From Kiritimatiellia bacterium (GTDB lineage Bacteria; Verrucomicrobiota; Kiritimatiellia; RFP12; DVOR01): DNA of 64,000 nucleotides. Under the pieces are notes generated by a model that saw only the letters and a list, made by a program, of their open reading frames with translations, searched no databases and was not told the DNA's origin. Of the stretch, positions 19,638 through 30,900 are shown one piece after another. Each line of letters starts with the position of its first letter. Within the stretch, counting starts at the first letter, position 1. The DNA is taken from contig JAFYWN010000018.1 of the NCBI GenBank assembly GCA_017558005.1, positions 3,696-67,695 of the forward strand, written 5' to 3'. The position numbers and the translations under genes are program-made.

Positions 19638-19872
19638 TGTTGATAACTTTTCCTCCCCTCATGACCCATTTTTTCGCAAGGAAGCCGCTGTAGCGGAGTT
19701 GATTTCGCCTCATTTTCTCACTATCTCTTTCTCCTTAAAGGAGTTATGCTTTTTTAACACCCTCGCCATTTTCACCTCAAAATCCGCCAATCCACCGAAA
19801 ATTTTTCAAAAAACTGCGTCGAAAAACCTGCATTGTTGATAACTTGTTGATAACTCAAAAAAGTTTTCAACA
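19638..19872. promoter_or_regulatory. Cluster of DnaA-box-like 9-mers
   Basis: TTATCAACA on the minus strand at 19638-46, 19834-42 and 19845-53; TTTTCAACA on plus at 19864-72. These are 1-2 mismatches from TTATCCACA. Confidence 0.55.
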
Positions 19873-19985
19873 GCCGAAAAATCGCTAAAATTCCCCCAAA
19901 AGTGACAAACCTGCGTATGGGATTTTGAAGGAGAAAGAAGTGAGAAGTGAGGATTGAGAGAAGTGAGAAGAAAGGAGTGAGGAGA

Positions 19986-20061
19986 AGGGTGGGGGCTGTC
20001 TTCGCCCCCACACCCCTAAGGCAGGACTGAGTCCTGCACGCTACGCATCCTGACGGATGCT
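19986..20061. repeat. REP-like cluster of three GC-rich hairpins
   Basis: gtgggggc-tgtcttc-gcccccac; gcaggac-tga-gtcctgc; gcatcc-tgac-ggatgc. The first motif recurs at 56145-56170. Confidence 0.6.
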
Positions 20062-20146
20062 TTTACTGGTGCTCACGGAAAAAGAGGGGAGTGAGAGTAA
20101 GAAGTGAGGAGAAAGAAGCGTGGGGGCTACGTTGTAAATGATTAAT

Positions 20147-20280
20147 CTATCCATAATCTATCCGTAACCTATCTGAGCGACGGGCCGTTGCCCGTCTCAT
20201 CTATCCACCGATCTATCCACTATTGATCCACCTATCCATCACCTATCCATCCACCACTCTATCCACCGATCTACTATCCA
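20147..20280. repeat. CTATCC short-repeat tract, often 11-12 bp spacing, interrupted by a hairpin
   Basis: ctatcc at 20147, 20158, 20201, 20213, 20232, 20243, 20259, 20274; variants at 20169 and 20224; gacgggc-cgtt-gcccgtc hairpin inside. Confidence 0.75.
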
Positions 20281-20503
20281 TCCTTTCGTAAAAGTACCCA
20301 TAAAAGTTACCGAAAGCACTTTGAGGAATTCTTTTGCTTGCATATGAGATGGGGTAAATGGTAGGATATGGATGGTCCGTGGGAGTACGTACTTAAGGTT
20401 GCGTTACCTAAATGAGGGCGTACACTGCAGACGGACGTGTATCCAGTTGATGGCGTGGCTATGGCCACATGAATGACACTTTTATAAAGAAAGGAATAAG
20501 TAA

Positions 20504-21772
20504 ATGAATCTGAAATCCCTAATGGTGGCAGGCGTGAGCCTCGTGGCACTGATGGTGCAAGCGGCTGTGAATGTGACCAACGTGAAGGTCCAGCAACGTT
20601 ACCCCTGGAATGGCAAGGTAGACATTGATTACACTGTAACCTGTGATGATGCAGATGCCGACATCTGGGTCTATCCCATGGGCTTTGACCAAGATTCGAA
20701 AGCCTCCATGGCCTGTCGCGCCCTTGAAGGGGATGGGGTTGGAGCGCCGGTGAAGGCGGGTACCCATCGCATGACGTAGGATGTCTCAGCAGACTATCCG
20801 AATTTTAACTCCACAGCCTTTACTGTTAAGATGACCGCCTTAACAGGGGGGGCGCCCTATTTGGTGGTAGATTTGAGTGGTGGCGTAGATGCGCAGACCT
20901 ATCCCGTGAGCTACCTCTCCAGTATCCCCGCTGGCGGCTGGAGTGAGGAATACAAAACGACTAAACTCGTCCTGCGCCTCATTCCGCCAGGTACCTTCAT
21001 GATGGGCAGCCCCACCGATGAATTGGGACATGGTTGGAGTGGTTCTAATTACGAAACACTTCACCAGGTCACCTTGACGCAACCCTTCTATATCGGCGTC
21101 TTTGAAGTGACCCAGAAGCAGTACCAATTAGTTATGGATAGTGCTCCATCTGGCAACAAAGGTGATGCACGCCCAGTGGAGCGCGTTGCATATGACTATA
21201 TCCGTGGTACGGTTAATGGGGCGGCTTGGCCGAAGCATAACCAGGTGGATGCCAATTCCTTTATGGGCCGCTTACGCAGTAAGGTGAATCTGCTCTTTGA
21301 TCTGCCAACGGAAGCGCAGTGGGAATATGCCTGCCGCGCAGGGACCAGTACCGCGCTCAATAGCGGAAAGAATTTGACCGCGACAGGTAGTTGCGCTAAT
21401 ATGAACGAAGTCGGACGCTATAATTCCAATCAAAATGATGGCAAAGGTGGTTATAACAACTTTCACACAACGGTTGGCTCCTATCTCCCGAATGCGTGGG
21501 GGCTGTATGATATGCATGGTAATGTCGCCGAGTGGTGCTTAGATTGGTGGCAAAACAATCTTGGCGCTAACGCTGTGACCAATCCTAAGGGGCCGAATTC
21601 GGGGAGTTATCGTGTCATGCGTGGCGGCGCGTACTCTAACTACAATAGTTCAGGTTATGCTGCGGCGTGTCGCAGTGCCTATCGTAGCTACTTCCACAGC
21701 TACAACTATCCCTACCCTGGCGATGCGGAATACTACTATGGCTTCCGTGCGGTTTGCCTCCCCGTAGAGTAA
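20504..21772 (+). pseudogene. Secreted FGE-sulfatase (C-type-lectin fold) domain protein interrupted by an in-frame TAG at 20777-20779
   Basis: ORFs 20504-20779 and 20831-21772 are in one frame, separated by 17 sense codons. Signal peptide; PPGTFMMGSP, LPTEAQWEYACRAG, PNAWGLYDMHGNVAEW, RVMRGG, GFR. Confidence 0.8.
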
Positions 21773-21788
21773 TGGGAAAACGGAACGA

Positions 21789-21832
21789 TCATCTACGAAC
21801 AGGCCCTGGATGCGGTGTCGGTTCGTAGATGA
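21789..21832. other. 12-bp inverted repeat (stem-loop) just 3' of the FGE gene
   Basis: tcatctacgaac ... gttcgtagatga with a 20-nt loop. Confidence 0.7.
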
Positions 21833-21932
21833 AGGCTGGCGATGTGGGGTGTGTCTGTCATGAGAAATGCGAGCGGTCTTTGGGGGAACTCCTAAGGACC
21901 GCTATAGGACTCAAAACGCAAAGGACGTAAAG

Positions 21933-24900
21933 ATGACTACGCAAAAGACTTTTCGTGGAGTATTCCAGATGGTGTTGTTCCTTTTCTTGGGGTTGATGGC
22001 GCCTCAAGTAAAGGCTTCAACGGTTGCGCTTTTGAGTGATTCGAATACTGCAACGAATTGTACTGTGACGATGCAGGGGGTGGATGAGCAGCACAACCCC
22101 ATTTATTCTGTGATGCCGTGGGTGGAAAGTTCGCCGCGGATTCGGTTTGAGTCGCGTGCGTGGGCAGAGGAGGTGCGTTCTGCAGCATCGGCAGATCCGA
22201 CGGTGGTTGTGATGGGTGGGCGCTTGGGCGGGACTACGCCCACCTGGACCTCTGATAAAACCTTTTTAGTGATGAATTCGGTCTATGTGCCGAGCGGGGT
22301 CACCTTGACGATTCAGGCGGGCACAGTGGTGAAGTTCTGCCCAGGGACCTTTATTAAGATTGAAGATGGGGGCGCTTTAAATATCGTGGGCGCTGAGGGG
22401 CAAGATGTCATTTTGACGGCGGCGAATGACAATACGGTGGGCAGTCAAATTGTTGGGTTTGACGAGACACCCATCACGTTTGGCGGGATTGTGATTCAGT
22501 CGAGTGCGGCGAGTTTTAGCGAAAATGGGTATGTGCAGACACGTGGGTTTAAGTTTGGGAATTTCCCCACGTTGACATTGAATAACACGACCGCCTTTGC
22601 GTCGGGCGGGGTGGCGCGTATTCCCGTGACGCTCAATGGGGTGACGCGTGAGAAGATTTTTTCCATTGATTGGGTGGCCGAAGTCGATGGCGAGGCCTTT
22701 ACTTCGGGTAAGCTCACGTGGTCAAAGACGGGCGAGGGGACGAAGACGATTGAAGTGACTTTTGATGAGGCTTTTGCGTCTGCGCACGATGGATTCACGA
22801 TTCGTGTGGTGGCACATCGTGGGTGTAATGTCTCTTCGGAAACGTGTGCTGTGACCTTGAGTCAATGGGTAACTTTACCCATTGTGACTGGAATGTCAGA
22901 ATCCGCTGCAGTGGTCTATGAGGCGCGTGGGACTGCGACGGGCAAGCTCGTTCGTGGCGAAGTGACGCTGGGTGAACTCAAAGGGGGCGCAGCAACGCAG
23001 TGGGATACCACTGGCCTTTTGGATGGTTGGCAGACGGCAACTGTAGGTACAAATGCGACGGAGCTTTTGGTGCTCAATGATGCCACGATTGCGATTGAAG
23101 GGGGCCGTTTGGCTGCCGATACGACGTGGGATAACACGGTGACGCATTTGGTGCGCAATAGTGTCTATGTGCCGAGTGGGAAGACCTTGACGATTACGGC
23201 TGGTACAGTCGTGAAGTTTGGTGAAGGCACCTTTATCAAGGTGGAAGATGGCGGCAAGCTTACTGTCGTGGGTGCGGCAGGTCAGGATGTGATTTTCACC
23301 CCAGCGAATGATAACACTGTGGGGACAACTGTGCCCGGATTGGGTGATGAGACGATTACCTATGGTGGCGTGTGGGTGCAGTCGGGGAGTGCGACGTACA
23401 CGGATAATAGTTATGTGCAGTTGCGTGGGTTCAACTACGGGAGCTATCCCACGTTAACCCTAAATGATGCAACGCTATTTGCGACCGATGGAGTGGCCTA
23501 TTTGCCTGTGACGTTGAATGGCGTCACGCGAAATGCCGCATTCTCAATTGAGTGGGAGGCAGTGGTTGATGGTGAAGTCTTCCAGACGGGAGCATTGACT
23601 TGGTCTAAGACGGGCGATGGGACAAAGATTGTCGAAATTCCCTTTGATCGCACGTTTGGTGAGGCGCATGCCACCTTTACAGTGCGCATTGTAACGCATC
23701 GCGCGTGTAATGTGGGCCGCGGCGAGGCGACAGTCACCCTTTTGAAGCGTGAGACTTTAGCATTAGCAACCGATATCGCAACGTCACCTGCGGCACGCTA
23801 TGAAGGTCGTGAGGGGGAAACGGCAGCGATTGTGCGTGGTGAAGTAACCTTAGGCGAGCCCGAAGGGGGCGCAGCAACGCAGTGGGATACCACTGGCCTT
23901 TTGGACGGTTGGCAGACGGCAACTGTCGGCGAAAGCGATGCTGAACTCTTGGTGCTCAATGATCCGACGATTGCCATTGAAGGTGGTCGTATGACCGCGG
24001 ATGTGACGTGGGATAACACGGTAACGCATTTACTTCGTAATAGTGTCTATGTGCCGAGTGGGAAGACCTTGACGATTACGGCTGGCTCCGTTATAAAGTT
24101 TGGCGAAGGCACGTTTATCAAGGTGGAAGATGGCGGTAAGCTTAATGTCGTGGGCGCCGCAGGTCAAGATGTGATTCTCACCCCAGCCAATGATACTACA
24201 GTAGGGGCCCCTGTGCCCGGATTGGGTGACGAGACGATTACCTATGGTGGCGTGTGGGTACAGTCGGGAAGTGCGACGTACACGGATAATAGTTATGTAC
24301 AGTTGCGCCAGTTTAATTACGGGAACTATCCCACGGTGACCCTAAATGATGCGGTTGCACTGCGGAAGAATGGTGGCATTTATTTGGCGTTGACCTTGAG
24401 TGGCGCCACGCGCAATCAAGCCTTCTCTATTGACTGGAAGGCAACCGATGATACGGCGAAACTGGGACAAGATTATGCAGTTGCCTCTGGCTCGGTGACG
24501 TGGTCAAAGAGTGGTGAGGGGACGAAGTGGATTTATATCCCCCTCAACACAGATGAAGTCGCGGGAGAATCGCGCACCTTTACGGTGTCGATTGACGTGG
24601 CACGTGCAGTTAATGTGGCGCGTGGCGTGGCAACAGCACAGATTGATGAGTATGAAAATGCGGGCTTGAATGGTGACGAAGTGACGGTCACGGTGGGCAC
24701 TGAGTCCGCTGCGGCACCAATCCAAGAAGATATCGCAGAGCAGGTGCTCTTCTTGAACGACGTGGAAACAATTCAGTACAGTGGCCGTTGGCAGAAGTAT
24801 CCTGCAGAAGAAGCAACGAAACTGCGCGTCTCTTTGGCCACGGATAACGGCGTGACCGTCCTGAAGGAGACCACGCCAGACGATACAGGCGCATTTGATT

Positions 24901-27900
24901 TAACGCTCGCAGATTGGCCCGTGGGTTACTATACCTTGTCACATGAGGTTGAAAATGACTATGGCGAAGTGGTCGCCACGATGTCAAAGTCGTTTAGTAT
25001 TCTTGATCATGAAGATTATGAATGGCACGCTGGCACGTTGACGCAGAATGAACGCTGGACTGCGGATAAGGTGCATGTGGTTTATTCCACGGTCTATGTA
25101 CCAGCATTGTATACACTCTTCGTAGAACCCGGTGCCGTGGTGAAGTTTATGACGGGGGCGGGCATTGATATCTCGCAAGGCGGCGCCTTCTTTGGTGACT
25201 CCATCATCTTTACCCATGTGAATGATGATACGATTGGTGGTGACGTCCTCTCGGATGGGTATACTGTCGCGCCGCCGATGGATGCCTACTTCTTGAATGG
25301 TAGCTTCACCTTTGGTGATGATACGGAATTGCGTAACATTACTCAGAAGACTGCGCTCTCAGGTACGATCTCTTCAGATAAAAAGCTCTCCCGAGGATCG
25401 GTGTATCGTGTCTCTGGGACGTTGACCATTGCCAGTGGGGCGACGCTGACGATTCCTGCAGGAACGGTGCTGAAGATGGAGTCGGGGGCTACAATTAATG
25501 TGAATAGTGGTGCCACACTAAAAGCAGAAGGGACGCGCGCCCAACCCATTATCATGACCTCCATCAAAGATGACTCCGTGGGTGGAGACACCAATGGCGA
25601 CGGGAATAAGACAATGCCACAACCTGGTGATTGGCATCAGATTCGGGTCGCTGGAGGTACGTTTAATGCGAGCAACTTGTCAATGCTGTATTTAAGTAAT
25701 GGCAATAATCAGGGTGGTTTATTTGTGACAGGCGGAAGTGCGACATTAGATTTGTGCACAATCGCTCATTGCAAGTATGACGCGATGCGTTCCACGGGCG
25801 GTACGAGCTATGTTGTAAACTCTATTTTCACAGATGCATCAATTGGTGTGGCGCCGAATGGTGGATACGCCGAATACGTCAATTGTGTATTCCACTCCTT
25901 AACCACTGCGGTTCGTTGGCCTACAGGTAAATTTGTAAACTGTATCTTTAGTGAAGTTGCCTCTGTTTTCTTTGATTCTACAGGTTCAACTCCCATTCAA
26001 AATTGTGTTCTTTGGAATCCACAGGGATATGGGCCTCAATCAGTGAGTGTTACTGGCGCAAACGGCAACATTTGGGGCGATCCGCTCTTTGTGGATCCGA
26101 TGAATGGCGACTTCCGCATTGTGGAAGGGTCGCCGTGTGTGGATGCCGCCGATTCGATCGTGGCACCAGAAGTAGACTATTATGGTCAGCCACGTATTAC
26201 GATGACGGAGCAGGAAGAAGGCGCAGAACTGGTCGGTCAATTGGCAGATATTGGTATCTGCGAAGTGATGCCGCGTGACATCACCAGTGATATTGACTTG
26301 GTGCCGCTTAGCGTGCGTACGGCTTCTGAAGCAAAGATTGGTGAGCTACTCTTTGTGAAGTGGGAGGTGCAGAATGTTGGTGGTGCAGAGGTCTCAACTG
26401 CTTGGCGTGATACGATTCTCTTGGTTTCGGAGAGCGGTTGCACGGTGGCCTTGGGCGACAAGGTCGCAGGGAATCAGATCGTTGCAGGTGGTACAGTCTT
26501 CTGTTCGGGTTACTTTACGGTGCCTGCCATTGAAGAAGGCACATGGTATGTGAAGGTGAACGTCAATAGCTACCGCGACATCTTTGAAGGGTCGTTAATT
26601 CAAAATAATGCGTTGACGGGGGATCGTCCGATCACCCTTTCGTTGGACGCATTGGATGCGAATACCACGACAGAAGGCGTCGTGAATGCGAATACACCGA
26701 AGGTCTTGAAGTTTACCTATGACGAAGGTGACACCAATCGCATGATGACGGTGAAGGTGCCTGCAGGTGTCAAGGTGACATGGGGCTTCGATTTCGTGCC
26801 ACAGGGCGTCGCTAATTCGGGCTCGATGATTGCTGATGCCAATGGCGCCACGTTCCGCGTGCCTGAAGATGCTACAGATGTCTATGTCGTCATCGAAAGC
26901 GACACAACTGCAGAGTATGAAGTCTCGACCGACTCCACACAAATGGTGGTCACAAGTGTCTATCCGATGACGCTTCCCTCAAGTGGCAAAACGACCCTGA
27001 CCATCACCGGTGCAGGCTTTGATAAAGCATCCTCAATCGTTTTGTCAACAGGAGGCAAGGACTATGCCTTTGAATCGTTTGTTCAAAATGCGATGGGGAA
27101 TCTTGTCGCAACGGTGGACTGTGCCACCCTGCAAGCAGGAGCAGTGTATACCCTCACTGTCTCTGATGAAAATAATGCGGTATCTTTGACCAATGCCATC
27201 TCTGTCACAAAGGCAGAAGGTAAGGGTGAATTGGTGGCCAACTTGATTCTTCCTGAAAGTGCACGTCAAGGACGTATCGCAGTGGGGTACATTGAATACA
27301 CCAATGTTGGAACTGCTGATATGGACGCGCCAATTTTCAAGGTGATGGGGTGGCGTGAAGGTGGTCAAAAGACGGATATTGAGACGGCGCTATCTACCAC
27401 AATTGACGGTGAATTTACAGGTGAAATTCTCCTTGTAGGTATTAGCGCAACTCACCCAGCAGGCTTACTGAAGATTGGAGAAACGAATCGAATTCCTTTT
27501 TATTACAACGTTAACAGTGCTTTTAGCTTGAGATTGGCTGCGATTGACGCACAGTCGACATCTACACGTGATAGTATTTATCCTACATGGCAGTCGTTTA
27601 GCGAGGCAATCTCTGATGCAACAACAGAATTGAATCGTTTTGGAGAGTGTTTTGATTATAATGAAATTTATCGAGTTGCCATGCGAGCTGGTGTTGGTAA
27701 CGTTGTTACTACATTGCGTGGGCAAGTCTATTCAACTATAAGTGAGAGTCCTTGTGCGAATGTTACTTTACAGGTGTTTGAGTCAAATGCTGTCTTGTTG
27801 GAGAATATAACAACAAATGAAGATGGGTATTTTGAAATTAAGAATCTTAAAGTAGATGAAACATACACAATAGTTGCGAAAGGTAAATATCAATTTTCAA

Positions 27901-30900
27901 CAAATTGGTGCGCTAAAACTGCATCATTAGGAAGTGTAATCTTTTGGGTAGATCCATTAGGTGAGTTTACCTGTTCCGTAAAAGGTATTGCTGCTGATAA
28001 CGTTAATATTGTAGCTGTTGAAGTTAAAACAGGTCAGCGCGTGGAGGCTGATTTTGAAAACAATCTCTTCAATATAAAAGATTTAAGAGATGGCGAATAT
28101 ACTATTGGTGCTGAAATTAATGGGTATTATTGTTTAACCGACAATTACAACGTCACTGTTGATGATGGCGTAGCCTCTATTTCAAATGTTGAATTGGAGT
28201 TTGTCCCTTCTGGAGTCGTTGTTGGTACTGTCTTGAATGAAAAGGGAGTCCCTGTGCCCGCAGTTCAGTGTTTTGTTGAAAGAGAAGACGATGGAAAACG
28301 GTATGAGTTTTATTCAGATGAAAATGGACAATTTATAATTAACGTGCCTTCTGGCGTCTATATTGTAAGAACAGAAACTAACTATTCGCTTATCAAAGAA
28401 TATAAGATTACTGTAGTTAATCAACAAATTTCGCAAAAGGAGTTTATCGTTACGCCATGTCCCTTCATGCTTAAACCTGCAATGGGAATTGCTCCATTTG
28501 AATGTTCGTTGAAATGGAAAAAAGAATTTAATAATTATCCCGAGGCGATATCATTTGAATGGGATTTTGATAGTGACGGAGTCGTTGATTCAATTGAAGA
28601 AAGTCCAAAATGGACGTATACGAATGCGGGGGTGTATGACGTTACTTGTAATGTCACATTTGTTGATGGTACGCAAGTATTCTTTGCAAAAAAAGATGCG
28701 GTAGATGTATTGGCAGAAGAGATTGAAATACTTGCTGATGATACAGTGAAACTTGACAAATGGAGTGGTTGGGATATCATTGACGCAAGTGACGAATATA
28801 TCACAGTAAAATTTAATGAGCATTGTATCGCATCTTACTTGGACGTCGGAACGAAGATAATTCTTCCCGCGAACCCACTTTCACCATATAAAATTCTATC
28901 GCTTGAAAAGGTGGAAGACGATATGTTGTTGTTACAAGTTGAACCCATTTTCGTTGAACTTGCGTATGATACACTAGCAAAAACTTTTTCAGTAGAATTG
29001 ATGGCTGATGATAATGGATTTTATAATGGTGGCCACACGAAGTCGCTAACGCTCTCATCAGAAATTTCAAAATCTTTTTTGAATGACAAGCTTACGATTA
29101 CGGGGGGGGCATCCATTGGAGGTACTGCAACAGTTTTGATATATGAAAAAAAGCTTGAAAAGTGTGCTTTGAACGTAGAGGCAAAAGCAAGCCTTACAGG
29201 AACATTTAAAGTAGGGACAAATCTTAAAAAGGATGATGTAAAGAAGAAAAAGAACAAGAAAAAGAAAAAAAAGAAAAACGAGGATGACGATAGTAGATGT
29301 ACGATTGCGGAAAAGGTCATACTGGTTGGCTATGTTCCCATTGAGCTTAAACTTTACATCTTTGCAGATTGCGAGATTAGTATGTCGGGATCTATTACGA
29401 CAGAGGCGACTGCTTCTGTGGAGGCGGGATATTCTAAGGTTAAAGGGTGGTTTTCTGATGCTGAAGGAGATGCGAGTCTCGCGGACTTGAGTATAAATGG
29501 AAACGCTTCATTTTTCTTTGGTCTTGGGCTGGATGTCATCGCAGGGATGCCCAGCACCAAATTGACGAAATCTGTAAAACTGTCAGCATTAGACGGGACT
29601 TTTAAAGTAGGCCCTAATTTTTACGTTGATATTAAATATCATCCATCTGAGGATGAAGTGGCAGATGAGTACAAAATAGGTGCTGATATTAAATATGAGT
29701 TTACTGCAAATCTTTTAAATATTAAACTCTGGAACTTCTTGGATTGGAAAGCTCTTACATATACGGACGAACGCGCATGGCATATAATGATGTATACATG
29801 GAAGACTCCTATACCGTCATTTTATTGTGATGAGATTTATAGAGGGCAAAATCTTTCAACCGTTGAATTTAAACGAACAACTACGGTAGATCCTTTAGAG
29901 ACTCTGTTTAAATCCGGCTATTGGGAGATAAATGGTTGTGAATATCCTATTTCAACGTGGAATAATCAAACGGTGAGCCATGACTTCTATATCCCATCTG
30001 AGGATTCGGCAGATTCTGTTGAATATGATGTTGCGCTTTATGAATCATATAAGCCAGGGAATCCTCTATTTAGTAAATTAGTTCTGCCGGCATGTAAAGC
30101 AAATCGAACGACACTAACCTTTGGGACGGGGAAAGGTGAGGACGGTGGAGCAGGGTGGACCGGACTTGGAGGACATCAGGGAATACTTCCTCAATCCTGC
30201 GACCCCAATGAGATGGCGGGGCCGTTGGGGATTGGCGACCCGGAGACGGAACGTTTCGTCAAGCCGGGTGATTGGATGACCTATACGGTCTACTTTGAAA
30301 ACAAGAGTGATGCAACGGCTGCCGCGCAGGAGGTGCGTGTCACGAATCCGTTGAGTCAGTATCTTGATTGGTCGACCTTTGAGATGGGCGAAGTCTCCTT
30401 CAATAATCAAATTGACCTCGGGCTGAGTGGTAAGCAGACTGGGGCCAGTGAAGTCGCCTTGAATAACACCGCTTATAAGGTGAAGACGACTGTCGCTCTT
30501 GATCAAACAAAGGGTGAGGTGAATTGGTATCTGCGTATTGTGGACCCCTCCACGGAAACAACGTGGCCCGAGGATGTCTATGCGGGCATCTTGCCTCCCA
30601 ACGACGAGACGCATCGTGGTGAAGGTTACTTGACGTATCGCGTAAAGGTGCGTGAGGATGTACCCGCAGGGGTGCGGATTGATAATTCGGCAACGATTAT
30701 CTTTGACTATAACGAACCGATTGAAACAGACCCCGCGTGGTGGAATAGGGTGGTGCCGAGTCAGGTGCCGATGTCAATTTCTCCTGAAGCAACCCTCGTG
30801 GATGAGGGGGAAACGATCGAGGTTAAGGTCTTTGGCGGTGATTTGACGCGGCCGAGTTCGGCGCAGGTCTATTTGTCGTATCACACGGCAGCGGCTGCAG

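Noticed and set aside
19929-20118. GAAGTGA-like purine-rich tracts
   Set aside because: Simple low-complexity sequence with irregular period; no further structure is supportable.
20370-20500. Possible riboswitch in the FGE gene leader
   Set aside because: Only small hairpins (gtggc-tatg-gccac); no match to riboswitch consensus motifs that I can recognise.
19141-20549. Short ORFs in the large intergenic region (19141-19458, 19288-19491, 19772-20011, 20307-20549)
   Set aside because: Low-complexity translations of repeats, with no RBS or domain signal.
20777-20779. Genome-wide TAG recoding (Pyl or code 15)
   Set aside because: priA ends at a natural C-terminus with TAG (5738-5740), no other gene here needs readthrough, and no pyl genes are seen.
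20504-21933. Complete DGR or retron locus
   Set aside because: No reverse transcriptase (YxDD), Avd or template repeat in the window; kept only as a candidate remote target.
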